A program made the position numbers and the translations under genes. Under the pieces are notes generated by a model that saw only the letters and a list, made by a program, of their open reading frames with translations, was not told the DNA's origin and made no database searches. A stretch of 64,000 nucleotides of DNA from the NCBI RefSeq assembly GCF_009914755.1, contig NC_060926.1; one strand, written 5' to 3'. Within the stretch, counting starts at the first letter, position 1. Each line of letters opens with the position of its first letter. Below, in pieces: positions 38,401 to 52,145 of this stretch. Origin of the DNA: the human T2T-CHM13v2.0 reference genome, Homo sapiens.

Positions 38401-40300
38401 TAAAGCATAAGTACCCAAAACTGGGAAGAATCCATCAAAATGAGAATAGATTTATAAAAATAAAAATGGAAGTCTATTTATCCAATAGAATACAATTAGC
38501 AAAATAATCAATGAACTACTAATACACATAACAATGACTGAGTGACAAAAACATTGTGCTGAGTGAAAGAAGTCTGACATGAAAGATTACAAACTATATG
38601 ATCCAATTTATATAAAGTGCTAGAAGACAGCAAGCTAATCTTACCTTGTTAATCTCTCAAAATGATTAGTTTCAAGAGGAACAGAGATTGGAATTAAAAT
38701 CATCTCAAACACTGGTGGATCTGGTTCTACAGATTATGTGTTAAATTTTCCAATAATATGGGACAACTAATATCTCTCTTGTTGAGGGAAGGAACAGTCT
38801 AAGACATTAAGCTTCAGAATGAGAGTCAACAGAGTCAACAGACACGATAGGATTAGAAGTCCACAAACAGTGCCAGATAACCAAAGCAAATCACTCTGTC
38901 ACATCTGATTGCAAATATACTAAGATCAATGAGCATAAGGAAGGCTTAATGGCAGTTGAAACACTAGAAAAGGACACGAATCACTGGGAATAAGATCTTT
39001 TTGAGGGTCTCCTGCCTCACTGAGAAATGTGACTATGACAGTGATAAAGGCAATAGAAAGGGAGGTTTCTAGGAATAAAAAGTAAAGCTGGTTCTGCCTG
39101 AAATGTTCCTGCTTTGAAGCTTCCAATACAACGAACATCTTTGATTCCCTACCAGTAACTCTGGGAAAGTGGTCGAGCCCCACATTCTAAAGAACTCAAT
39201 GTTCCCAGTTTCTCCAGATGTTCTCGAAACTTCCACTGCTTTGCAAAATAAGCCTCTAGAATTCTAAATTATCCTTTGTTATCTCATCAAAAAGAGCAAG
39301 TTGTAAAGGAGCCAGGATTGTCCTGGAATTCTATTTCTAGTGGATCCAGTCTGTTAAATCCTTGACCAAAAATTCCTGGCTAGTGGCCACATTAGGATTC
39401 AACAAGTGAAGAAAAGTAGCCTGTGCTGCTTCTCAGCGGAATACAAAGGAGGCTGTATGATGCAACCAGATTATAACTTGCCCTTCATCCTGAGGTCTTT
39501 GATACTAATTGTTCCCCTAAGATGCAAGACCTGATCTCTCAACCTCTGTTTAAAAAGTTCCAGAATTAGGACATCTCTGGGACTCTTCGGGACCTCTCAG
39601 AACTAGCTGACCTCCTTGAGTATCCTCTTAATCTGTGGTTAGACTTAATCTGTAGATTTCCTTGACCCTTCATTGTTGCCAGCTTCTCCTCAGCAGTGGA
39701 ACTAAGCTCATAGATCCACAAATGATACCCTAAATCAGTGAATAGACAGAAGAGTTCTGAACCAGTGTCATATAAGGTCACTCATAAACCCCTAGCACCA
39801 AGTCTGGCTCCATGTTAGATTCAGATAGACACAAAACCTTCAACAATGTACCAGACCCTGGAAGGTTGACCAGATATAACAGTGTCAAATCTGCAGTTCC
39901 CAAGTCCTGGAGCTTCTACGAGTACAGAGAAGATGAGAGGATGACCTCTGGTTAACACGCTGGTACTGAGAGCTATAGATAAAGAAAATCTTGGTACAGG
40001 TGATTTCGATCATACAAGCTCTGGAGTGCATATCAGAAATCTCCTGGGGCTAATACTGAAAATCTAGGAGCCAGTGGCCCAATCCAGACAGACTATTTCA
40101 GAATAGCTTGTGCTGCAGCCTTTGAGATGAATCTGATGCAGACTGCTAGGCAGAAAGATGCCTTGGCTGATAGCTAAGCTTCACCCAACCAACTTTATAA
40201 AGCAAGCAGACACATCATTACATTTTCTTGTTTGTTTTTTCTCATCTGATAGCCTGAGTATGAGAGATAGAGCACATACAGGAGTTGCTGAGGCAAATAC

Positions 40301-40413
40301 CTGTTGAACAACAGCACTTCTCCAGAAGATCCACACTCTTTTCATATCTTTGGGCACTAGTTTTCCCTCAGCTCTAATGACCTGGCCATGTTGGCATTCA
40401 CATGGTGGAGGAC
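40301..40413 (-). other. SCN7A: SCN7A non-coding exon 2 (113 nt, 5'UTR)
   Basis: Acceptor ttttgcaacAG|GTCC at 40414/40413 and donor CAACAG|GTATTT at 40301/40300. Lies between the promoter and the first coding exon. Confidence 0.75.
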
Positions 40414-42079
40414 CTGTTGCAAAACAGTTCTAAAGCTTGAAATCAGACAAACACAACTGGGACATTCACTTTTGCATGTGGCTCCCACCCACCTCCAGGA
40501 TAACAACTTTCTTTTTTCTTCCACTCTGTCCTCTCCTTTCCAACCCATCCAATCTCATGTTTAAGTAATGTTTCCTAAAGTTCTAGGTTACTTGGAGGCA
40601 GTTTGGGTTTATGCCTGTTGTTGAGGATTAACTATTAATTACATCCTTTTTCCTTTTCAGAAACATCCTGAGTTGGATGATAAATTACATGGCCACTCAA
40701 TCAGTGAGCGAATGCTGTCTCTAGAGAGCCCAGTTCCCATGCAAGAGGCTGCATCAACAGCATTTTGAAACAGCAACTGCAGCTGCATTTTCTTAGATAA
40801 TGAAGGATGGGGAAGAAAAGGAATGCCAGAAGTCAGTATTTTTCTTCTTCCCTACTCACAATTCCCAATTGTTTCCCCTGTCCCTCAGTTTTATTTCTAG
40901 AGCACAGCCTGCCAGCAATGCACTCAAGCTGTGGAGAGAGATTCTCCACCTGTAGGAGATGACTGCCCAGGCCAGTCACAGCCTCTTCATTTCCATTTAT
41001 TCCCATCTTAGGGAATTGAAAATACAGCACCTAAAGAATCAATCTCTGTGCTTTCTGAGAAACTGGAGTTGATCCTAGGGGAGACAAAACAAATGTTAGA
41101 TTAGCTTTGCCAAATAGAATTGTCGAATGTTCTATTCTATATTAAATATATATTCCTAATGCATTCCAAAAAGATTGAGGTTCACATTCAAGAATGTAGA
41201 CCATAGAGCAAGATAATATAAATTAAGAAAAATGAAACAAAAAAGTAAGGACAGTGGATCAATAGACTGAGGATAATATTGCAAATGCCAATTTCATTCC
41301 GTGTGCAGCAGGAAATAAGGATAAAATGACTTCTCACTTAGTTGTTTTCAAGCTATTTTGAAACAATTATGCTGTACATCAGACATGGACAACGTAACAT
41401 GTCTATTGCACCAATGACATTTAGATAGGTGTAAAAACAAAGCAGTGATGATAATAAGACTAAGTTAACTTGGGATCAGAAGGTACCATCGGCATAAGCA
41501 AAGATACAGAGTTAATGTGACCATTGTACATAATCTGTATTGTTGAGAATGTAGGACTCATACCTGCTGATCAATTTAGCAATTTAGTGACCAACTTATA
41601 TTGACATTTTTATTGGTTTGGGCAACTTGACTGCACTTAATAGATATATCATGGCTTATATTTCATCTTTCTCACATTCCATAATGACTTACAGCTAAAT
41701 TCTCTAATGCAGGGCCTTTTCCCTTAGAGCTTTCTGACTAGAATGCTTTCCCCTCCAGGGTTTACAACCCAAATGATATTAAATGCATTGCTTTTTTTAA
41801 TTTTTATGGAAGGCTATGAAAATTTTATCATTGACTTCTAGGAAGCAGAAACCTATGAGGAAGATGACTGAAGCTAACGAAATTCTAAAGGATAGACATA
41901 AAGTTGCCTAAATCAATAATTTTAATAGTCTAACTCTGTAGAGACATAATTGAGATTCATCTCAATGAATATGACCATTTACAGGCTGGGATATGGAGGC
42001 AAAGGCTACCCACACACAGTGCAGGTGAGAATATAACTTAGTGCAGTTTTTTAAAAAAGCTACTTGTCAACAGTTTCTT

Positions 42080-42381
42080 TTTTTTTTTTTATTTTTTTTT
42101 GAGACGGAGTCTCACTCTGTTGCCCAGGCTGGAGAGCAGCGGTGTAACCTTGGCTCACTGCAACCTACGCCTCCCTGAGTCAAGGGATTCTCCTGCTTCA
42201 GCCTCCCAAGTAGCTAGGATTACAGGTGCATGCTACTACACCTGGCTAATTTTTGTATTGTTAGTAGAGCTGGGGTTTCACCATGTTGGCCAGGCTGGTT
42301 TCAAACTCCTGACCTCAGGTGATCTGCCCACCTCAGCCTCCCAAAGTGCTGAGACTACAGGTGTGAGCCACTGCGCCCGAC
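42080..42381 (-). mobile_element. AluS (Sx-like)
   Basis: Full dimer, TSD caacagt(t/c)tctt. Confidence 0.93.
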
Positions 42382-43373
42382 CAACAGTCTCTTAAATAAA
42401 GTTTCATGTACTCTTTGGCCCAGCAATTAAGCTTTATAGAAATTATTGCTGAAGTTTGAGAAGTCATATTTGCAAGGATGTTTATCATAACATAATACTT
42501 TTAATTCCAAAGAGTAGAAATAAAATGTCTACCCTAAGGGACTAATAACAAAAATTCTAGTATATTGCTATCATGGAATACCTAGTTAGTTACAAAAAGG
42601 AATGAGATGGATATGTCTGTGCTCATACGGAAAGTTTCACCAAATCAGTTACTAAGTGAAAATGTAAAGTTGAGAACAACTTGCATCATTCACCTTTGAA
42701 TAAAATGTTGTATAATGATTATATACATAAAGTTGTATACGTTAGCATGTGCATAATGTTTTCCCCTCTGGACATGAGTGAAGTGTTACATCTATGGAAA
42801 GAGTCCAAAAAGGTGTCAGAGGATTCTGTTGCTTTCCAGTTAATATTTCTATATTACTTGAACATAACGCACCATGTGTATGTATTACCAAAGCCCAGAT
42901 ATGGAAAATTTGCACACTGAAGTTTGAGGAATAAAGGACAGCTTGACTAAAATGACATCAATCCACTTGAAATTTTGCAACCATCTGTGTGAATAAACGT
43001 TCTTTAAATACCTCTTGACTTCAACCCACTTGGATTTTGCTTTTGGATTATTTTTTCACTTGGGTTGGTTACTTCCAATTTGGCGTTGATGATCTGATGC
43101 CTACTTTTTTACCTGTCTGTGGCAAACAGTTTATCTAGGCTGCTTAATTGACTTTTGCTACTTTCTCCTTGGATTCTGACTGCAGCTATGTTCTGCTTCC
43201 AGGTCAGTCCAGTTTGGCTTCAGGTTCTATTCTTCAATACGTCCACTTAATTCTGGACTCAACTTTCTCACTCTGACAATTTCAGCCAACAAATTCCTAG
43301 AATATGTTATCTTGCAAAAGAAAGTGGTAAGTAAGCAACTTTCTCAAAAGCATAAATATGCACTGCCATTTTA

Positions 43374-44064
43374 AAAAATATTTTGTCTCTAATTGATAAA
43401 TAGTAATTATATATATTTAGGGGATACAAGTTGATGTTATTTTATATATATAAAATATATATATGTACGTATACACAAACATTGTGGAATGATTATATCA
43501 AGCTAATTAATATATCCATTATCTCACAGACTTATTTCTTTGTAGTGGAAACATTTAAAATCTATTCCTTTAGCATTTTGAAATATACAACACATTATTA
43601 TTTAACTATCACCATCATGATGTGCAATAGAACACTTATACTTATGCCTCCTCTCTAACTGAAATTTTGCACACTTTGACCAACATCTTTCCTTTCCCCA
43701 TTCACCCCCTCATCCCCAGCCTCTGGAAAGTACCATTCTACTCTCTACCTCCAAAAATTTGTCTTTCTTAGATTTCACATTTCTATGAGATCATGCAGTA
43801 TTTGTCTTTCAATGCCTGGAATATTTCACTTGGCATAATGTCTTCCAGGTTCACTCATGTTGTCACAAATGATGTCTATTCAAAAGAGCTGAAATTAGTT
43901 TGTCAAAGAGATATCTGCTCTCCCATGTTTCCTGCAGTATTATTTACAAGAGCCAAGATATGGAAGAAACCTAAGTATCCATCAACATATGAATAGATAA
44001 AGAAAATGTGGTATATATACACAATGGAACGCTATTCGGACTTTTAAAAAAGGAGGCTGTCATT
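43374..44064 (-). mobile_element. 5'-inverted L1MA-like element
   Basis: Minus-strand 3' end 43374-43872, plus-strand segment 43873-44064. TSD tgcactgc(c/t)atttta (43359-43373, 44065-44079). Confidence 0.82.
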
Positions 44065-47000
44065 TGCACTGCTATTTTATTTGGATTATAATTCTTAAAA
44101 TTTTTGACCCAGGCATTTTCTGAATTAAAAAAATCTAGAACTGGCACATTTACTGAAACCCTGGAGGCTTCTTAGAACTGGCTATTTACCTCTGCTTCTG
44201 ACAATTCTGAAAATGTCTGTCTGTTTTTCCAGGATTCCAACCTGCCCTCCCTGCAACTCTCCCAAAAGCTCCTTTAGCTTTTCAAATGTGAAACCAAACA
44301 TATAGATGTCCATCCCCTTCTCAAATTAGAGAGAAACTAGAAAGGTGCCTTGAAACATCTTAGGGTGAGCATGATTTAGTTTTTGTCTCACTCTGAGTTG
44401 GGCAAAAAATGTCCAACATGGAGCCCCAGGGCCAGAGAAAGAGAGTAGATATGGGCAAGAGCCTGTAATCAAGTGCTTAGACCATGTCGCCTCTGGGAGA
44501 ACTCAGAGAGTGAGCAGCTGGTGGACTGGAAGCCTCACCTTAGCATTTAAAATAGGAAAGACAGACTACTCTACTCAGCACAATATATTCACCTAGGGTC
44601 TATGGCCCCCAAATCAGCATCACCTCCTGTTCTAGTTTAACACCAAATGCCCTATCATAATATCAGACCTTTCTAATCATAATTTCCATGAGTGGGGCCC
44701 CAGCTTCTGCATTTCTATCAAGCTCTTTGATGTCTAGGCAGTCAGTGTGGCACCTGACCCACACCATCATCAGAGCCGTCCATTGAGCTGGTTATCCTTG
44801 TCCAGCACCAGGCTGAGTCAATCCAATTATAAATACTGCAGAGACAACAGGGATATCTGTTTGCTAGGAATTTCAGGACGGAATATAAGAAGATGGCGCC
44901 TCATTTGTAATAAACAATAATTGAACAAATGAATGTAAAATAATAATCTTAGCTGGGTCAAGAGATATGCACCAACTCAAAAATAACCTCTGAAGCCCTC
45001 AGATGAAATCTTATCTTTAACTTCAAAGGCTCCTTCTTTCAATGTTGCTGCAATGAGACCTCACTTGTCTGGTTGGTTAGTCCTCACTAACAGAAGAGAA
45101 GGAACCAACGCAGGAAAAGAAAAGTGACATCTGTTTGTACAAGATTTTCTCATGTGATAATGGGTGACTGTGCATTGCTGATATCTGGAGTGGGGGTGGG
45201 GGTGGGCAGAGGTTATAGATGTTCTTCTCACACTGACAAATACTGAAAATGGTTAGTGGAAATAATGGGATCAGACTCCCAGAAATCAAGAATGTCCCTT
45301 TTACCCAATGCCTCCACCATAAGCTTTCAGGAGGGAGTCTAAGGCAGTAGGTAGATGGTGAGTCAATCTCTGAATACCCCAGTTGTGACACGTATCTCAA
45401 CCCAATGAGATCTAGGGCTGGAGTGCAGATTTCCCAATCCCTGAGTAAGGGATTGGGGAAAATACTGTTATTTTTATTTCTAGTATGCTTTGGACAGGTA
45501 TTTATCCTACTTTGGGAAAATCAGTGAGAGTGTATATCCGCTACCAAACCATCTACCACACGAGGCTACGGAGACAGAATGCCCAGTTTTGAAGTGCTTG
45601 GCTCTGCCTCCAGTACTCCAGTAGAGACTGATATGCAGCAGCAGGTCCAACGGTCGTGTGCCATCTGGGATCTGATGACCCCTTTTCCTGAGCCCATGTA
45701 CAAATTGAGTTCTTTCTTCTATTACTTTAAACATATCCATGGGAAAGAAGGGACTCACAGTACCTATCCCCCAGGTGCAAGATTTTAATGAATCTTTGCA
45801 GTCAAGATTAGAGTATTTATGCCTAAATTTTGATTTCTCCTATGTTAAGTAACGGGCCAAATACATTCAGCAATATCCAATATACGTGATGGCTTCATCC
45901 CCAGGAAACAGGACTACAGACCTAAAATCAATTTTAAAACTAAAAACAGAAAGAGGGTAAAGCATATTTGGAGAATATTACAAGGTTTAAATATGCAAAG
46001 CTAGCCAAAGCACACACTTTTCACTTTTTTGAGGATAAAGGCTTTCAGATTAGAATATGCTTTAAACTGTACAGGTGGCAAGAAAAGGATTTGAATTTCA
46101 CTTCCTCTAGTGCATTCTAGAGATGCATGTCAAAGCCCTCTGTATGCTTATATTGAATCAGACTTAGAAGGAAAATCAGAATAGTGAAGTAGATAAAAAC
46201 ACAGAATAATCCCTTATGTAATCAACAGTTACACATATGGTACTTTCATAAACCCTTTATATCATCTCTGTCAATTAGTTTTTGTCAGGACTTTTTGGAG
46301 TGTCATTTATAAATAAAGAAAATAAAGCTTACTCAAGTTAAATAATTGGCTTAATTTGTACAAAAATTGAAATCAAGTTTTGTAGTTCTAAATCCCAAAG
46401 ACTTCTTCATTGGACTTCCCGCTCAATTACTGATTTGCCAGGTAGCCTCAGCAAATTACTCCTTATAGGTCTTACTTGTAAAAACAGCAGCTGGATTATA
46501 GAATCTTTAATTAAGGCTAGTCATAGCAGGTATGGTGCCCAGGATTCTGTTTATTACAGGGCCCACTTTCCTTCTACTTTGCCATAAATTGCTCTCCTGA
46601 ATGAACAGCAGTGGGGTAAAGTATCCACAAGAAGCACCACCCAAACTCTTTCCCATTTCAAGATATTTTTCAGTCCAATATCCAAACTGGAACCCATCAT
46701 TTTCGTTAATGAAAGGGGCCCATCGGTGTGTCATTCCACATGCACTCATCATTTGTCTTGTTTTGACCAATGTTCTAAGTTTTGAAGCTAACACAACCAG
46801 TCACACTATCACTTCTAAAAGAAAACCTCCAGAAGAGATGCATTTTATAGAGCAAAACAATGCAAAAACAACAACAACAATCTCTGTTGATCTAGTCAAT
46901 ACCAAAATGCCCAACTGACTAAACTGAGCACACCACTGCCAATCACATCAATGCCTCTACTTTTATACTATCTATTCCTTTGGGAAAATCAATCTTGAAA

Positions 47001-47412
47001 TCTCTGTTATTTAGAATAAGAGATAGGATTCTTAGAAGAAGTGTACAACAATCTGCATAACCTTTCCTCCATTTTATACTATCATTGTACCATGTAATGT
47101 AAGTCATTGTCATATAGGGTTTCTAGAATTTTACACTAACAGAGAATGTTGGTTTCAGAAGCTTACCTGATGGAATTAGAAAACTGACGGCACATGCCAT
47201 GCAAACACCCACAGACCACGGCTGCTCTTGAAGTATACTCTTGAAGTAACTCTCCTAATGCACGTCCACAATTTCAAATCTCTGTCCTCCTGCTGGGGAC
47301 CCTAAGGGTGTGTATGGGATGGGGCAGGTGGGAGTGGATGGGAAAGGCTGGCAGCGGATAGCGGCTATCACCATTCTGGGACTGGACACAGCAGCAAGAA
47401 AAAGGCACTTAC

Positions 47413-47700
47413 TTGCTACGAAGCGACAGGTCTCCACCAGTGCCTGAGGGACCCTTCAGGAGCAGGGCTCCTTGGAGCCCTTTCCTCCTCCTGGGCTTCT
47501 CTTTCTCCACGGATCTCTCGGGTTTTCTGAGCTCTAGTTGTACAGAAGCTGCTGTTAGGCTGGCGTCTGTCCTCACCAGCTGTGGCTCTGCAGTAAATGG
47601 GCCCCACTAAATGGCCAGTTAGACACCGACTCACTGGGGCGACTCTCCAGCCACTGACCCAGAGACCCCTCCTACCCAGATGTCCAGTGGAGCCGCGCCC
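47413..47700 (-). other. SCN7A: SCN7A non-coding exon 1 (5' end approximate)
   Basis: Minus-strand donor GCAA|GTAAGT at 47413/47412. No ATG on the minus strand in 47413-47700. Abuts the GC-rich region. Confidence 0.65.
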
Positions 47701-48130
47701 GCTGCTTGGAAGCTGTTTTTGTCTCCTTTCCACTCCTCCCTCCCCTCTCCCAGCCACTCCACTCTCTCCCCCGCCCTAATCTCCAGGCCAGTGAGCGACT
47801 TCAGCATCCAGATCGGGCGTGGGCGGGTGATATTGACAGAGACCTGCTGCAGATGCAGTAACAGCAGCAGCTGTGGCGTCTCCTCCAGCAGCTGCCGGGA
47901 AGGGAGGGAGGAAGAGGAGCGGGGGGCTGATGAGGAGGGGTAGAGGGGAGAGGGCCTGCAGAGCGTGAAGGAATGAAGGGGCTAGGGAACATCCAAGGAG
48001 GAGAGGAAAAGGAGCAGCGCGGTGCAGCTGAGGGGGAAGGGAGAGTGAAAATGAGGGAGAGGAGAGGAAGACAGAAAACTCTGGTTCTTTAACCTCCAGT
48101 TGTATTCTCTCTCCCCTTGCCTAGGTGCCC
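47680..48130 (-). promoter_or_regulatory. SCN7A: GC-rich promoter region of SCN7A (TSS not precisely placed)
   Basis: Only markedly GC/CpG-enriched stretch outside repeats. GC boxes (CCCCGCCC ~47768, GGGCGTGGGCGGG ~47815) and purine-rich G tracts. Lies directly upstream of a strong minus-strand donor at 47412. Confidence 0.7.
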
Positions 48131-50305
48131 CAGCAGAACTTAGAGGGGCAATTGTCAGCCTGCAGCATTCAAATCTGGACATTGCTGTAATTAAGAGTTT
48201 GTAATCCTGTTGTTGTGTGAGTATGTGTGTAGCTGTTTTTAGGAGAGTCAAGAGTCAGCGGGAGCTGGCTTTTACTCTGGATCAGTTTCCCACTCTAGTG
48301 ATTTGAAACACGAGGGACAGAGGAAAAATTATGTTTATTTTAGAAAACTGCGGCAATACAGTGTAGTTTGGGAGTGAAGGCCAGAGGGGTTGCACCTTCT
48401 TCCCAAAGGCCACACCATAGAACCTTCATTTTGTAACCCTATTTTATGCACACATCACATCACTTACTTCAAAAATATATCAGCATATGTCTCTGAATGG
48501 TAAGAACTTAAGATTTTAACTCAATACCCTGATCACATCTATAATTAGCAATAATTATTTTGTAGCATCAAACATTCACTTGATTTCTTTATAATGGACA
48601 ATTGACTGACTGCAGGCTTCTCTTCTCCACACTCTGGTGATGATGCAAATGAATTTTCTAGAGCATAAAACCTTCCCTTAGAGCAGTCTGACACATATAT
48701 CCCTTTTCACCCAGTAAAATTCTACACACCTTTCTGTACATTCAAACACAATATAAATTTAATGAACTTAATATCAAATATTTCAAAGTTTCCATGTGAT
48801 ATTTAAAATAAATAAAAAGAAGTACTGCTTTTTATAATGTGTAATGAACAGGCAGTTGATCCCAAGATATTGTACAAACCAATCACATAAATGAGAGGCA
48901 AATAGATGGGAAACTAATGGTGTTGGTTTTATATTCTGAGTTAGCTAGCCATTTTCTTGTTTTGGAACAAATATTTGTTTTGGGACAAATATTTGGCACT
49001 ACGGTTATATAACGGTTATGTAATATTACCAGGTTGGATCTGAAAAGTTTTGGCAATTATCGTGCCCCTAATAATGAGCTGAGGATCCTTCCTCCCCCAC
49101 TGAGTTTCTCAGCAGGAGGAACTACATAGTGGAGGGTCTGTTTTCAACATTTCTGCCTTAAGAACTTTATAAGCATATTTCTAAACTCTACTTTCTAAGT
49201 ATGTATTCAGTAGGTGGGAGCTCTAGACCCCACATACTCTTCTGTGTCAGGAGAGAAGCTGGCTGTATCACACTACACTTGAACTCGATACGCCACTGTG
49301 GGCATTAGCTTCCTTTCAGTCTGTTTAAATGGGAGCTGTTTATTGTGACCTCAGAGATGTCAGTGTCAGAAGTGTGGATGGACTCGATGTTTTAATTCTC
49401 AAAAAAGTCTCTACATCCAGAGTTGACAAAACCCTGTATAAAAAGACAAGCAAACAACTCTCCCAAAACACACTCAAACAAACCCAAAACTCTTTCTTTG
49501 GAGATATGTTCTCCAGTTTCATCATCTTTTTCTACCTGGCTACATGGTAGCCATTATGTTCTGCCTTTATGGACACTCTTATTTATTAAGAATTTATTCT
49601 GTGGTTGACAGTCTTTCCCTCCATTCAAACTCTTGCTTTCCTTCTTAAAAACTTTCTCATCCATTTGAATACCAACAACTATTTGGATGAAGCATCCAAC
49701 AGCCTAACTTCTGATTTCATCCTTAATGGATTATCTTCTTCTCCAAATCATCTCTGCTATCAATTCCCACTTTCACAATTTGAATCCTATTGTAGTTAGC
49801 AACTGCTTTGTATTTCTTCTTAGTGCTTATCTGGCCTGTGAAATAGCTATTGCTTATATGTTTATTTTCTGTCTTGTTCCACTAGACTGCTTTCTGCATG
49901 ACAGCTGAGACTTATTTATTTCCTGCTCTACAATAGCACTTGTAAGAGAGGATGTAATAGAGTAGGTACCCAGTATATTTGCTAAAGTATTGAGCATTAT
50001 TCATACCTAATCCACTCTATGCTTTGTGGGAAAATGTGGAGATTCACTATAGGAATAGACCATAGATCACATGCAATCTAAAGAACATGAGAATTGTTTG
50101 TTGATCTGTTTCATTCTTAAAACCTGGTGCTTGGATGCTTTAAAGCTTCTATAATATACAGGTGTGAGAATTTCCTCTGGTTTCAGAATCTTGATATAAA
50201 GCATGAGCCTGCCTGAAAAGAAATGGTAATAAGAAAGTCCAGTCATGTCTATGGGGAATACCAAGGGATGCAGAGAAATAAAGCACTCAGCCTCAAACCT
50301 AAGCT

Positions 50306-51177
50306 ATTTTTGATAATAGCCATTCTAACATGTGTGAGGTGATATCTCATTCTGACATTATCAAAAAGATGAATGATAACAAGTGTGGGTGAGGATGTGG
50401 AGAAAAGAGAACCCTGTACAGTGCTGGTGGGAATGTAAATTAGTACAGCCATTTTGGAAAATAGTAAACTCAAAAAACTAAAAATAGAATTACCATATGA
50501 TCTAGCAATCCCACTCCTGGGTATATATCCAAAGGAATTTAAATTTCTATGTCAAAAGGATAGTTGCAGTCCTACTTTAATTCAGCATTATTCACAGTAG
50601 CCAAGATATGGAAGCAACCTAAATGTTTATTGCTGGATAACTAGGTAAAGAAATGTGGTATATATACAAAATTAAGTACCACACAGCCTTTACAAAGAAG
50701 GAAATTCTGTCATTCAAGACGAGGTGGTACTGGTGTACATTACGTTAAATTAAATAATCCAGGCACCAAATGATAAATGCCACATGATCTCACTTATATG
50801 TGGAACTAAAAAAGTCAATCTCATATAAACAGAGTAGAAATGTCGTCTCTAGAGGTTGGGAAGGGGAGGGAGAAGGAAATAGAAAATGTTGATCAAAGAG
50901 TACAAAGTCTCAGAATGGATGAATACATTTTAGTGATCTGTTGCATTGCATGGTGACTACAGCTAAAAATAACATTGTATATCTGAAAATTGCTTAAAGA
51001 ATATATTTTTTAACATACTACAAAAAAAGGATAAGCTGGTGAGACAATGGATATGTTAATTAGCTTGATTCAATTTTTTACAATGTATATACAAATCAAA
51101 GCATTACAGTGTACCCCATAAATATACAATTATTTATTAATTTACCATAAAGTAAAATAAAATAAAATGCAAAAAAG
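50306..51177 (+). mobile_element. L1MA-like 3' end with short 5' inversion
   Basis: About 47 nt antisense piece (50306-50352) whose attatcaaaaa end is repeated at the start of the sense part. 3'UTR and tail present. Confidence 0.8.
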
Positions 51178-51414
51178 GGAGCTGTGCTTCTTGGAATGCA
51201 TTCAGAAGGTAGAAGATCTAGACCCAGATGTTCTGCCTTGTCAAGAGAGAAACCTCCTCTATCACACTGCACTTGAACCAGATAGGCCCTGGGAGACTTT
51301 ACTTTCCTTTTAGCCCATTTAAATAAGGGTTGTTTATTCTTACCTCAAACACATCAGTGTCAAGAGTGTGAATGGATACTTCCCACAGCCTTATTATAGG
51401 ATAATATAAAATAG

Positions 51415-51837
<423 letters not shown>

Positions 51838-51924
51838 TGATTCTTAATACTTCATATATTCTTTTGCAAATGCAGGTTATCTTTTCAAGTGCAATGGGCA
51901 ATATTGCTGGCAAATACCTATTAT

Positions 51925-52145
51925 CTTTTATTTATTTTTTTAAAATGATACATTTAGGGCCTACAAGTGCAGATGTCTTATATGGATTGTGTTGAAGTCT
52001 GGGCTTTTAGTGTAACCCTCACTTGAGAAAATTTTCAACCCTCGCTCCTTCCCACATTCCCACCTTTTGTAGGCTCCAATGTCTCTTATTCCACTCTGTG
52101 TCTATATGTACCCATTGTTTAGCTCCCACTCATGAGAACATGTAG
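51925..52145 (-). mobile_element. L1PB-like 3' tip
   Basis: Reverse L1 3'UTR (tagctcccactcatgagaacatg). Confidence 0.7.

Noticed and set aside
47800-47820. TTCAGCATCC as an RE1/NRSE (REST) site
   Set aside because: Only an imperfect left half-site; no GGACAG right half at the canonical spacing.
47255-48251. Cluster of overlapping ORFs around the promoter
   Set aside because: Expected from high GC and low stop density; no recognisable protein features.
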